Of a stretch of 64,000 nucleotides of DNA, positions 1-11,514 are shown one piece after another. Source of the DNA: Lepidodermella squamata (lineage: Eukaryota; Animalia; Gastrotricha); NCBI GenBank assembly GCA_047495785.1, contig JBLDXI010000016.1, positions 930,001 through 994,000 of the forward strand, read 5' to 3'. The translations under genes were made by a program, and so were the position numbers. A model generated the notes under the pieces. The model searched no databases. It was not told the origin of the DNA and saw only the letters and a list, made by a program, of their open reading frames with translations. Numbering within the stretch: position 1 is the stretch's first letter; each line of letters begins with the position of its first letter.

Positions 1-840
1 GGTGAAGTCGATCCAAGTGTTGAACATCCATACGATTTTAGGGCCGTAAAGACCGATTCGGTGAGCTTCGCAAGCAACTAAAGGGCAATTGTTGAAATAA
101 CAGTTTCCCCAGATTACTCGGACATCGGCTGATTTCAGCCTGGCTAAAGATTCAGCTGGGTTGTCAACGAAAAACTCCTCAGCAGCGACTATTTTCCCAG
201 CAGCTAGAACAGCTCTCATGAAAAACACAGCATCTTCAGGTGTTGATTGAACTGCATCAGCAAGGTAGCCGATTTTATTCCAACCCATGTAGGTCAACAC
301 TTTGGCTCTGAATTTTTCCACCTCAACGAAAGAGGGCGAGAAGCGGTAGAAATTTGGGTATAGCTTTCGATTTGTGAAGCGAGGCTCATTGCATCCGACC
401 AGGATGTTGATGAAACCATACTGCTGAGGCAGGCGGGCTGATGTTATACACGTTGGCGAACAAATGCCGCCGAGATACAGGGGTGGGACATAGGCTTCGA
501 CAGATTCACTGAAATTATTCGCAGGCAGGGTCAATGTTCCAAGTACTTGAGATGCTGGTAGAACTGGCTTAATATTTTCGTAAATCTGAAGTGACATTCT
601 GGCAGCGGCCGCGGCTGAACACTGATCGTCACCTAAATCGATTTGAATTTTGTAATTAGGCAGGAAATTCGGATTTGAATTGATCGCCTCGAGAACAAAG
701 CTGACAGCTTCGGTGCACATTGGGCCCATTGGGTTGACTCGGCCACCCAGGGGCATTGTCATTGGGATTTTTAGAATAAAAGGCTTTTCCCCACCTGCGC
801 TAGCTATCAAAACAAGAAGGCTCACTGAAGAAACATTCAT
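1..840 (-). CDS. Class C GPCR (GABA-B-like, Venus flytrap domain), 5' part; runs off the window edge
   Basis: ATG at 840. Translation MNVSSVSLLVLIASAGGEKPFILKIPMTMPLGGRVNPMGPMCTEAV...WGNCYFNNCPLVACEAHRIGLYGPKIVWMFNTWIDF is near-identical to the paralogs at 2734-5097 and 6437-8755. Confidence 0.9.
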   Translation of the reverse strand, partial: MNVSSVSLLVLIASAGGEKPFILKIPMTMPLGGRVNPMGPMCTEAVSFVLEAINSNPNFLPNYKIQIDLGDDQCSAAAAARMSLQIYENIKPVLPASQVLGTLTLPANNFSESVEAYVPPLYLGGICSPTCITSARLPQQYGFINILVGCNEPRFTNRKLYPNFYRFSPSFVEVEKFRAKVLTYMGWNKIGYLADAVQSTPEDAVFFMRAVLAAGKIVAAEEFFVDNPAESLARLKSADVRVIWGNCYFNNCPLVACEAHRIGLYGPKIVWMFNTWIDFT

Positions 841-1550
841 TTTTTCGTAGAAGCTATGAAAATTCAAAATCAGAGGGAATCCTTTCTTAAGATGACTTAA
901 TTACTTCGGCGTTAGCTATCTCACATCAGTCTTAGCGTGCTGCACTATGCCGTGGGCGTGTCAGAAGATAGGGAACTGCTGTAAAGTTATGCAGTATAAT
1001 CAGCCGATATTATGAAGCCATATATAATTCACCTAGGATGTGGCACGCTTCGCATTGCTGCGTCACTCATCGAAACATAATTAGGCCTAATTCGCCAGAG
1101 ACAAGCAATCAGGAAAGAGACAAGTATCAGAACGAAGCTCATCGCCTGTAAGAAGGAGAACAAGTACCAAGCGAAATGACCCCAACGGAAAATGCACATC
1201 ATCAGGCCCACCCAAGTTTCCTCCACGCGCCCGCTCTGCTTTATCGACGCAATGCAACAAGCTGTGCTGATTTGTAAATGCGTTCTGTACTCCGGTACAC
1301 GAGATGACAACCGCATCGTATTAAAAAATGCAGGCTATATATAATAATGACATTGAATTTACAAAATATCCTGCTTCATGCGTATGTAACGGGCTCGAAT
1401 GATCTCGGCAAGAGACGGCGGACGACTTCGACAACTGGCAGCTTTTAGTTATAGTAACTTCCTCATTTGTGCACCTCACAACAGCATTAGTAGGTTTTAT
1501 ATCAAGGGCTATCAGTGCCTTTGGCTTGAGTAACAGCCCGATTTACCAAC

Positions 1551-1765
1551 AAGATGGCGCCGGATGAATTCACGTTGATGTTTAAGCTGAACGAAGAGCT
1601 ACAGCTGCCGTAATTTCGAACCAATGTTTAAACCGACCTACACGTCCGAGCGAGACTAAGCATGCCGTACCGTGGCCCGCACTTGTGGAATCAAATGCCT
1701 TCGAGCGTTCACGAAACGGAGTCAGCAAAGGCGTGTCGCCAAGCTGCTTATCTACACTACTGCAA
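1551..1765 (+). mobile_element. Degenerate 3' end of a LINE (CR1/L2-group) ORF2
   Basis: Reads KMAPDEFTLMF..(stops)..RLSMPYRGPHLWNQMPSSVHETESAKACRQAAYLH, resembling the C-terminal 'S.F.YRGP.LWN.LP' motif of CR1/L2 ORF2 proteins. Confidence 0.5.
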
Positions 1766-1852
1766 CATTAATGCCGTGTCGCTCTACTCTGATTGTTGAA
1801 TATTCATATATTTTCACATTTTTCATGTTATGTTGAATGCTTTATGTTGAAT

Positions 1853-2427
1853 GGGGAAAATGCTTTCTGCCATCAATTTTGGGACTTTCACCATCAAATT
1901 TGGGCTTTTACCAACGAAACCAATGTCGCCATCAATTTAGGTACTTTCGCCAACAAATTGGCTTTTCTCGCCAACAAATCCGAAAATACCCGCTGATTTA
2001 GCCCAAAGTTGTTCAAAACATAGCCAAATAGCGTGCCAAATCGTTGGCGCGGACGGTTAAGTCGAATTTGGGATTTTTCATGTCAGTTTTGAAGTAAAAG
2101 TTTTAGTTAAGTCAATTATAAAAATGAAATTTTTTCGTATTTTAATTGACTTCTTACCTTATAGTATTACCCTAAAACTGACATGGACAGGCTCTAATTC
2201 CTCATCGCTAACGATGGCACGCTATTTGGCTATGTTTTGAACAACTTTGGGCTAAATCAGCGGGTATTTTCGGATTTGTTGGCGAGAAAAGCCAATTTGT
2301 TGGCGAAAGTACCTAAATTGATGGCGACATTGGTTTCGTTGGTAAAAGCCCAAAATTGATGGTGAAATTTGAATTTTCCGGTTTGATGGTGAAAGTCCCA
2401 AAATTGATGGTAGGAAAATTTACACCC
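1853..2427. mobile_element. Long-inverted-repeat MITE, copy 1 (family shared with 31561-32239)
   Basis: Arms about 1853-2038 and 2215-2427 are reverse complements (e.g. CGAAAATACCCGCTGATTTAGCCCAAAG / CTTTGGGCTAAATCAGCGGGTATTTTCG), with internal CCATCAAATT subrepeats. The core is shared with copy 2. Confidence 0.85.
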
Positions 2428-2733
2428 GTTTACTATTGCATTGATTTCGATACTGATCCCGATCAGTCTACTTTTTATGCTATTTCGAATTTTGTTGTTG
2501 TCTTTACTTTTCTATTGATCACTTGTCTGAGCTGTCCTCTTCTGGGCCTTATGGCTCTTTAAATAAATAAATAATAAATAAATAAACCACGGATATCCAT
2601 AAGGAGTAGTCTGCCGGAAACGTATTTGAGTTCCTTCTTCCTGAACATTTAAAAGCAAAGCAAAAAATTGAAATTCATTGATTTATTAGATACCATGGCA
2701 AGATGAAACTATTCAATACACGGAGCAATATTC

Positions 2734-5097
2734 TTAGTTTGCGGTAACCTTTGGCCCCGATCTTTTCTCTTGATCTTTCAACTGATTTTTAGCCTTGATT
2801 GCGGCGCGCATCTCTTGCTGGAACAAGAATATTACCATCGCATTAGTCGCGATCGCATACACTGCCACCACAATAAATAACGAAAATGGGTTGGCCAAAA
2901 AACCTGATAACGCAAATGCCGTGATGAAAAAGATTGCTGCCATGCCATATACCGTGAACGCGTTTCCTTTAGCATTTCGTTCCTTTCGAGTAATCGCCGC
3001 CATCGCAGTTGGTGGTATTTGGTAGTCCTGAACGAATCTATGGATTATCCTGTTCGTAGCACTGTGCTTCTGTGAGACATTTTTGCGAAGAGAAATAACC
3101 GCAAGAATAACAGCTGATAGAATCAAAACAGCCTGTAGACACATCAGAGCAATTGCGGAGTAGGAAACCTGCGATGATGTGAAAGAGCAGCGATAGACCA
3201 CCTCAATAATATTAGCGTCATATGCGTCATCGTACCAAATCTTCCTGACAGTTGTCACAGTTGGCTTGAACTCGCCGAGGTACCAAGCTTCAATTAGGCA
3301 AGTATCTGCCATAAGAATCATGATCAGAAAGCAATAACCGTAATTCCTGTACTTATTTTCAGCATCAAACTTGATTAGGCATAGCTTGACAATCAAGGAA
3401 CCGATTAAAAGGGAAAATCCAAACGTTATCAAAGGACCAAGAGCTCTGCAGAAAATCGTCAAATTAGGCTGAATTGAGTCGTTCAGAGGGTAAGTAAAAA
3501 CAGTTATTGAACTGAGAGTCGAGCCAACACAAACCAGCGTGTTAATCAATGCGAAATTTTCGATTTTTCGTACCCACACTATCAATCGCATTATCCAAAC
3601 TGCGGCTAAGCAAACGGCAGTTGAAGCTAGCAATGCCGTAATAGTTCTAGAACCTGATTGTCTTAACCTTACAATTTCTACTGGTTCTGTCCTTGGGGGT
3701 TTACAATCAAACGTGGACCATTTCAAAGGGGATAAAATCTCGAAATATTTGTCCATAATTTCCTCACTACGATTTCTTGTGACCACAGCAATCACTCGAG
3801 TTCCATTTCTCAGTTGCTCAACAACCAAAGGCGGACCAATCCCTTCAAACTGCTTATCTGCAAATCCTATGTCGTAGAGAAGTCCGGAAGCTTTGAGATT
3901 CTCCGTATTCCTTCGAATCAACTCTCGGAGCTCTGAAGCTCGATTAGGATTTGAAATTAAACTTTTAAGTGTTTCGTTTTGACTGTTCAATTGAACCTCC
4001 GTTCTGTTCAGAACTGACGCTGCGATTATTACATCCTCAGCGCATAAAAGTCGCACAGCGTAGGAATTGTGGCGCTCAAATCCCGGAATTTTTGACCTCA
4101 TATGCGACAAATATTGACCTCGCGTTATTCCAACCTCAGTTGGCGCATCAATCGGGCGAAATTCCCCACTCATATCCTGACCGAGGTATATCGATGAATC
4201 GGCAAATTCCTGAATGATTTTCCTGCTACATCCAGTTGGTACTATTGGAGAGTTGACGAAGTCGATCCAAACGTTGAACATCCAGACAATTTTAGGACCG
4301 AAAAGGCCGATTCGGTGGGCCTCGCAAGCAACTAAAGGGCAGTTGTTGAAATAGCAGTTGCCCCAGATTACTCGGACATCGGCTGATTTCAGCCTAGCCA
4401 GTGATTCAGCAGGGTTATCGACGAAAAACTCCTCGGCAGCGACTTTCTTCCCAGCAGCGAGAACAGCCCTGAAAAAGTAGACAGCATCCTCAGGGGTGAG
4501 CTGGACCGCATCAGCCAGGTAGCCGATTTCGTTCCAGCCCATGTAGGTCATGAATTTCGCTCGGAATTTTTCAATTTCGGCGAAAGAGGGCGCGAAGCGG
4601 TAGAAATTCGGGTAAAGTTTCCGGTTTGTATATCGAACTTCAGCACAGCCTATCAAAATGTTGATAAAACCATACTGCTGAGGCAGGCGGTTTGCGGCTG
4701 TACAAGTTGGGGAGCAAAGTCCTCCGATGTAAATAGGTGGGACAAAAGCCTCGCTCGATTCACTGAAATTGTAAGCCGGTAAGGTCAATGTTCCAAGCAC
4801 TTGAGATGCTGGTAGAACTGGCTTGATATTTTCGTAAATCTGAAGTGACATCATTGCAGCGTCGGCGGCTGAGCACTGGTCATCTCCTAGATCTATTTGA
4901 ATTTTATAATTTGGCAGGAAATTCGGGTTTGAGTTGATCGCGTCGAGTACGAAGCTCACAGCTTCGGTGCACATCGGGCCCATTGGGTTGACTCTGCCAC
5001 CCAACGGCATTGTCATCGGGATCTTCAATGTGAACGGCTTTTCTGCTGCCGATGTCGCAAGAATGAACGCAAGTGAAATTATCGAAGAAATGTCCAT
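2734..5097 (-). CDS. Intronless class C GPCR, GABA-B-like (signal peptide, Venus flytrap domain, 7TM, no cysteine-rich domain)
   Basis: 787-aa ORF with signal peptide; 'AINSNPNFLPNYKI..DDQC', 'YPNFYRFAPS', 'MGWNEIG', 'LKSADVRVI', 'GPKIVWMF'; seven hydrophobic segments including 'FGFSLLIGSLIVK'. Confidence 0.9.
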   Translation of the reverse strand: MDISSIISLAFILATSAAEKPFTLKIPMTMPLGGRVNPMGPMCTEAVSFVLDAINSNPNFLPNYKIQIDLGDDQCSAADAAMMSLQIYENIKPVLPASQVLGTLTLPAYNFSESSEAFVPPIYIGGLCSPTCTAANRLPQQYGFINILIGCAEVRYTNRKLYPNFYRFAPSFAEIEKFRAKFMTYMGWNEIGYLADAVQLTPEDAVYFFRAVLAAGKKVAAEEFFVDNPAESLARLKSADVRVIWGNCYFNNCPLVACEAHRIGLFGPKIVWMFNVWIDFVNSPIVPTGCSRKIIQEFADSSIYLGQDMSGEFRPIDAPTEVGITRGQYLSHMRSKIPGFERHNSYAVRLLCAEDVIIAASVLNRTEVQLNSQNETLKSLISNPNRASELRELIRRNTENLKASGLLYDIGFADKQFEGIGPPLVVEQLRNGTRVIAVVTRNRSEEIMDKYFEILSPLKWSTFDCKPPRTEPVEIVRLRQSGSRTITALLASTAVCLAAVWIMRLIVWVRKIENFALINTLVCVGSTLSSITVFTYPLNDSIQPNLTIFCRALGPLITFGFSLLIGSLIVKLCLIKFDAENKYRNYGYCFLIMILMADTCLIEAWYLGEFKPTVTTVRKIWYDDAYDANIIEVVYRCSFTSSQVSYSAIALMCLQAVLILSAVILAVISLRKNVSQKHSATNRIIHRFVQDYQIPPTAMAAITRKERNAKGNAFTVYGMAAIFFITAFALSGFLANPFSLFIVVAVYAIATNAMVIFLFQQEMRAAIKAKNQLKDQEKRSGPKVTAN

Positions 5098-5295
5098 TCT
5101 ATCTTTTATGCTGTGGCACTAAAACTGATGGACAAATTTCTCCTTAAAAACAGTCTCTGTTATTCAGGCGATGAACTGTTTCGTGCGAAACGTGACTTTT
5201 TAGTGGACAGAAGGTTTAGCATGTAGGTGTGCCTATGCGTAACGACGGATTACAGTGCGAATGGACGTCATAATTAGGCGATAAAACGCTAGGAT

Positions 5296-6182
5296 TCACG
5301 TGAGATTGCCTTTCGATTTATGTGTAAAATTGGACATTTCGCTCCATTTGCTTGCGCTTGTGAATCGCAGAGATAAGTTGGAAAAGCTAACCCCTGCCTT
5401 CTTGCAACCGATATGGAATTTATTTGACATTGTTATAGAATCATCCGAAAATTTCAGAACATTTAATGCATCGAATTTAAAATTTAGAGATTCACTTCTT
5501 ATTTCGTGGACAAATATGGACAAATATGGAATATGGATAGAAAATATGGACAAATATTTCGGCGAAATATTTGTCCATATTTTCTTCACTCCGATTCCTT
5601 GTGAGCAGTCAAACGGGAGCCATTCTTTCTCAGTTGTTCAACAACCGTAGGAGGGCCAACGGCTTCAAACTGCCCATCAACAAATCCAATATCGAAGAGA
5701 AACCCTGCACTCTCCGTTTTGCTTCGGATCAACTCACGAAGCTCCAAAGTTCGGCTTGAATTCGTGATCAAATACTTAAGAGTTTTGTTTTGACTGTTCA
5801 TTTGAATCTCAACTCGATGTAGGACTAAGTTCGCAACAATGACATCCTCAGCGCAGATAAGTCATCAAGCGAAGCGTTGTGCCGTTCAAATTCAGAAATT
5901 TTAGACCTCATATAGTTTAGGAATTCCCCTCGGGTTATCCCGATTCCAGTTCGAGAATCGGCTGCTCGAAACTGCCCACTCAAATCTCCCATAATATATA
6001 TCGATAGCTCAGCAAATTCAAGTTGAGTTTTTCTGGAGCAGTCAGCGGATACGGGAATGTTGGCGAAATCTGTCCAGGTGTTGAACATCCACACAATTCT
6101 AGGGATTTCAGCCTGGCTAAAGATTCAGCTGGGTTATCAACTAAAAACTCCTCAGCAGCGACGTTCTACCTGCTGCGAGAAC
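5296..6182 (-). pseudogene. Deleted, frameshifted paralog of the class C GPCR array
   Basis: Fragments AAEEFLVDNPAESLARLKS, WMFNTWTDF, MRSKISEFERHN and FEAVGPPTVVEQLR are separated by frameshifts and deletions. The 5' end and the 7TM region are missing. Confidence 0.85.
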
Positions 6183-6436
6183 GTGTCACGTTGTATGGCG
6201 GGATTCAAGCTTCGGCGTCCTAGCTACGTCTCATGGCTTGAGTAGCAGCCCCATTACCAATCATGGAAGTTGCCGGAAAGTTCCTTCTTCCTATGTATAT
6301 AGCAAAGCAAAAAAATGAAATTCATTGATTTATTGGATACCATGGCAAGATGAAACTATTCAATACAAGGAGCAATATTCTCAGTTTGCGGTAATCTTTG
6401 GTCCCGATCATTTCTCTTCTTCGGATGGTCTTTCAG

Positions 6437-8755
6437 CTAATCTTTAACCTTAGTTACCGCACGCATCTCTCGATGGAACATGAATATTACCATCGCATTA
6501 GTCGCGATCGCATATACCGCCACTACAATGAATAAAGCAAATTGATTGGCCAGAAAACCTGATAACGCAAACGCCATGATGACAACAATCGCTGTCATGC
6601 CAAATACCGTGAACGCATTTCCTTTAGCAGTTAGCTCCTTTCGAACACTCGGCAACATCACAGTTGGCGGTAGTTGGTACTCCTGAACAAATATATTGGT
6701 TATCCTGTTTGTAACACTCTGCCTCTGCGAGACATTTTTACGAAGAGAAATAACCGCGAGAATGACAGCTAATAGAATCAAAACAGCCTGTAGACACATC
6801 AGAGTGATCCCAGAATAAGAAGTCGGTCTATCCTGCGACGTGAAAGAGCAGCGAATGACCACCTCAATAATATTAGCGTCATATGCGTCATCGTCCCAAA
6901 TCTTCCTGAAAGTTGTCGCAGTTGGCGTGAACTCGGCGAGGTACCAAGCTTCAAATATACAAGCATCTGCCATTAGAGCTATGATAAGGAAGCAATACCC
7001 ATAATTCCTGAGCTTATTTTCAGCGTCAAACTTGATCAGGGTAAGCTTGACAATCAAGGAACCGATTAAAAGGGAAAATCCAAACGTTATCAAAGGACCA
7101 AGAGCTCTACAGAAAATCGTCAAATTAGGCTGAATTGAGTCGTTCAGAGGGTAAGTAAAAACGGAGATCGAAGTAAACGTCGAGCCAACACACACCAGCG
7201 TATTAATCACGGCGAAATGATCGGCTTTTCGAATCCACACGCTCAATCGAATTGTCCAAACTGCGGCTAAGCAAACGGCAGTTGAAGCTATCATTGCTGT
7301 AATAACCTTAGAATCCGATTGCCTCAGTATTATAATTTCGACTGGTTCTGTCCTTGGGGGTTTACCATCCAACGTGGACCATTTCAAAGGGGATAAAATC
7401 TCGAAATATTTGTCCATGTTTTCCTCACTGCGATTTCTTGTGACCACAGCAGTCACTCGAGATCCATTTCTCATTTGTTCAACAACCAAAGGCGGACCAA
7501 TCACTTCAAACTGCCTATCGACAAATCCTATGTCGTATCGAAGTCCGGCAGCTTTGAGATTCTCCGTATTCCTTCGAATCAACTCTCGGAGCTCTGAAGC
7601 TCGATCGGGATTTGAAATTAAATCTTTAAGTGTTTCGTTTTGACTGTTCAGTTGAACCTCCGTTCTGTTTAGAACAAACGCCGTAATAATTACATCCTCA
7701 GCGCATATAAGTCGCATAGAGTAAGCATTGTGGCGCTCGAATCCCGGAATTTTTGACCTCATATGGGACAACAATTGACCTCGCGTTATTCCAACCTCAG
7801 TTGACGCATCAATTGGGCGAAATTCGCCACTCATATCCTGACCAAGGTATATCGACAGATCGGCGAATTCCTGGATAATCTTCTTGCTGCATCCATTTGG
7901 TATAGCAGAATTGGTGAAATCGATCCAGGTGTTGAACATCCAGACAATTTTAGGACCGAAAAGACCGATTCTGTGAGCTTCGCAAGCAACTAACGGGCAA
8001 TTGTTGAAATAGCAGTTTCCCCAGATTACTCTGACATCGGCTGATTTCAGCCTGGTTAAAGATTCGGCTGGGTTGTCAACGAAAAACTCCTCAGCGGCGA
8101 GATTCTTCCCAGCTGCGAGGACCGCCCTAAAAAAGTAGACAGCATCCTCGGGGGTGAGTTGGACCGCATCAGCCAGGAAGCCGATTTTGTTCCAGCCCAT
8201 GTAGGTCATGAATTTTGCACGGAATTTCTCGATTTCGGCGAAAGAGGGCACGAAGCGGTAGAAATTCGGGTAAACTTTACGGTTCGTAAAACGAACTTCA
8301 GCACAACCGATCAGAATATTGATGAAACCATACTGCTGCGGCAATCGAGCTGTGGCTGAACAAGTTGGAGTGCAAAGTCCTCCGATGATTATCGGTGGGA
8401 CATAAGCCTCGCTTGCTTCACTGAAATTATTAGCCGGCAAAGTCAATGTCCCAAGCACTTGAGATGCTGGTAGAACTGGCTTGATGTTTTCGTAAATCTG
8501 AAGTGACATCATAGTTGCCTCGGCGGCTGAACACTGATCGTCACCTAAATCGATTTGAATTTTGTAATTCGGAAGGAAATTCGGATTTGAGTTGATTGCT
8601 CCGAGTACAAAATTGACGGCTTCAGTACACATTGGGCCCATTGGGTTGACTCGACCTCCTAATGGCATTGTCATTGGGATTTTCAAAATGAATGGCTTAT
8701 CAGCTGCTGATTTCGCAGGGATGAAGGAAAGTAGAATTAACGACGCTACTTTCAT
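6437..8755 (-). CDS. Intronless class C GPCR, GABA-B-like, paralog
   Basis: 772-aa ORF collinear and highly similar to 2734-5097. Confidence 0.9.
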   Translation of the reverse strand: MKVASLILLSFIPAKSAADKPFILKIPMTMPLGGRVNPMGPMCTEAVNFVLGAINSNPNFLPNYKIQIDLGDDQCSAAEATMMSLQIYENIKPVLPASQVLGTLTLPANNFSEASEAYVPPIIIGGLCTPTCSATARLPQQYGFINILIGCAEVRFTNRKVYPNFYRFVPSFAEIEKFRAKFMTYMGWNKIGFLADAVQLTPEDAVYFFRAVLAAGKNLAAEEFFVDNPAESLTRLKSADVRVIWGNCYFNNCPLVACEAHRIGLFGPKIVWMFNTWIDFTNSAIPNGCSKKIIQEFADLSIYLGQDMSGEFRPIDASTEVGITRGQLLSHMRSKIPGFERHNAYSMRLICAEDVIITAFVLNRTEVQLNSQNETLKDLISNPDRASELRELIRRNTENLKAAGLRYDIGFVDRQFEVIGPPLVVEQMRNGSRVTAVVTRNRSEENMDKYFEILSPLKWSTLDGKPPRTEPVEIIILRQSDSKVITAMIASTAVCLAAVWTIRLSVWIRKADHFAVINTLVCVGSTFTSISVFTYPLNDSIQPNLTIFCRALGPLITFGFSLLIGSLIVKLTLIKFDAENKLRNYGYCFLIIALMADACIFEAWYLAEFTPTATTFRKIWDDDAYDANIIEVVIRCSFTSQDRPTSYSGITLMCLQAVLILLAVILAVISLRKNVSQRQSVTNRITNIFVQEYQLPPTVMLPSVRKELTAKGNAFTVFGMTAIVVIMAFALSGFLANQFALFIVVAVYAIATNAMVIFMFHREMRAVTKVKD

Positions 8756-9169
8756 TTGATCGGTATGCGCTGGGCCGAAACTGCTCTAAACAACTCCTTG
8801 ACAGCAGAGGCGACAAATTTTGTCTTGTCGAAAGTGAGGTTAGGTGATGTCTGGAATAGAGTCGATGAGTGCGCAATTTCATTTTAATTATTCGATAGTG
8901 CACTACTCTTCGCTTCAGTGTACTAATGAGAAGTGCCATCTCCAGCTATTTTCTAAATTAAAAAAATATCAAAAATTATTAAAATCTTAGTCGAAGTTTA
9001 TTCGAAATTCGAAATTATGAATACATTGATTGCTCATAGAATCATGTGAGTTTACAGCAAATTAAAACGAAGATATATTCACTCTCATCAAAACTCCAAA
9101 TATTGCAAAAGTTATTCAATTAAAGAAATTCGATGTAATCATGAAATTTGAGTTGGTTTCTCTTAAGAT

Positions 9170-10302
9170 TTAGGCAGCAATGTTAACTGTGATCGGAGTC
9201 ATATTCGGCGGCCAAGATCCAAACGGACTAGTAGCTGTGATGTAATCACCACCGCCAGTTTCATGATGCTTGACAGCGTCGAGGTAGCGTTGCCGGTCTT
9301 CACGAGACATCGGAGGTAGGATCGATTCAATAACCAGCATTCCAGCCGGAGTGATGTGGGAAGCTATCTCCATCTTAGAAGTGTCGATGCTTTTCAAGGC
9401 CTAAACACATAGGAAACAAATAACAATATTGAAATCTAAATTAATTGAAATTAATTAAATTTAATTAATTAAATTTAAACGAAAATTAATTAAATTTAAC
9501 TTTAAATTTTGAAATTTAAATTTAAAATTTAAAATTTAAAAATTTGAATCGAAATTTTGAAATAATTTTCTATAATAATTTTGAAGTCGTGTGCTAATAT
9601 TTTGACCTAATGATATTAATTACTTACTTCAGGAAGAGGGAATTTGCGGCGAAATTGCCTAGTAATTTGGAAGGTTTTGCCGTCCTTCGTATCGAACCCA
9701 GCCTCGATAGTAATCGATCGCTCCGCCCTGTTGAACATGACGTTGATCTCATCTGGTCGGAAGCCGGACATGTCAAAGCACAGCCAGAGCGTCATAAGGT
9801 GACTCGTCCCGGCCGACGTTGGGAAGTAGCTGTTCAACGGGCGAATGGGCGACGTCAGTGACATGAGTTCCAGGCTGTTTTTCGGGCGCAACGGAATTTC
9901 CGTCAACTGAGCCGGCGTCATGGCGCGTTCGTAGCCGGCGTAGATGTCATGCATGACTTGGCGCATGGTCGCCAGTTCACGGTTGACTTGTTCGGATCGC
10001 GCGGCGATTGCGGCTGGATTCGTCGACATGCCGCCAGTGATTGGCGAGCTGATGAAAGGGCAGGCGCTTGGCCAGGCCGTTGCCATAGCTCCCGGCATTG
10101 TTGGCGAGGTCGGCAGGTAGGTTGGAGCCATTGTGTCGCAATAACTCGGCGGCATGGACGTAGCGCCTTGATACCAGGCGGATGAGCCGACGTTAGGGTA
10201 ACTTTTCATGCTCATTGATGGGAACATGCCGCCATGTGAATGTCCCAAATGTGGCGGAGCGAACGCAGGGCTAGCGTAGCCTTGGGCAAGTTTGCCGTAC
10301 AT
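9170..10302 (-). CDS. Small heat-shock protein (alpha-crystallin domain), 2 exons
   Basis: FDMSGFRPDEINV...RQFRRKFPLPE | GT-AG intron | ALKSIDTSKMEIASHITPAGMLVIE. Ends in an IXI-like PITV motif; long low-complexity N-terminus. Confidence 0.85.
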
Positions 10303-11514
10303 TTTTGCTCGGAAAAAAATCTGATTTTTTTAATGAGAGGACTTCGCCACAATTCATCCTTCTTATACGCCGAATTAATTGCAGCTTCGATTAGAAAATA
10401 ATGACGATGGAAATGCGCATTTTGTTGACATAATAATGAAAACCCAACTTGAAATGATCTCTGATCTTCAAGCGAAGTTAAATGTCAAGTCTGACAATGA
10501 ATGAAATTACTTCAAAATTTCCCTGAAGTTGCGGAATCTTCTACAGCTTGTCCCATAAATAACAAAAATATTACAAAGAAAATATCACGAGAAGAGATAT
10601 AAAGTGTGTCACTTGTTGATAGAATTAAAAAATTCCGGAGAAATTTGGACCAACCGGTTAAAATACCGAAAATTACCGAACCAGTTACAATCGGGATTTA
10701 CCGGGTTTTCTCTGGTTAATTTTTTTATTTCTTCTGGTACATAAATTGCGAATAAAAGTTGAATATAGAAAATTAGTGGCTCCAATTTCAAAAACATTAG
10801 TTGAATTTCCTACAAAAAGTTTCGCAACAATTTTTTACTACAAGGCTAACGATTTCGAATTTTCGAATTCGGATCAATAATTCGGATCTGTGATCTTCGA
10901 TCCACCTGCATCTTCACCTCTTCACACATGCGGATTCATTTGAGAAAAAGCTTAAATATATCTAGGTTTTCTCAGGCGGAATAGAAAATCAAGAAACCTC
11001 AATTCCAGGTAATAAGGTTTTAAGAACGCCGTTTCCCAAGTGCTGAAGCTGAACTATATCTTTGTACGCTTTGAAGCCTCACGAAGCAGGGCGCATGCTG
11101 ATAAGTATTCCCTTCATATTTATAGTCCTGAAACGTAAGAATCACGGCACTCGGGGCAAATTAATTATTCGAAATTTGCCGCCGCTAAAATTGAGACCTA
11201 TGTCTAACCTGATGTTACTGGTTTTTGTTTAATTTTTTTTAGAATTCATCGACATTTCCATATAATTCCATATTTCTATAACGTTCATCAATCATTTTCC
11301 TGGAATTTTCACCTAATCTAATTTGTGAAACCCATTACCATTCCATCGGTCCAACTACAGATAACGTTATCCTCATTTTCAGCAAAGCAATGTTTACCAC
11401 TTCTAGATTTTATTGCAAATGGCGCTAAGCTAACAAATCACGTCATCTTTCACATTAGTTTAGCTCGCAAAGCTCAAAATTGATCTTCATGATAAAATCC
11501 AGAAATTGTTAAAA

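Noticed and set aside
1793-2562. Short ORFs here and at 31558-31819
   Set aside because: They lie within MITE arms; non-coding.
10850-10872. Heat-shock element upstream of the small HSP gene
   Set aside because: Only two correctly spaced nGAAn units in AT-rich DNA; insufficient.
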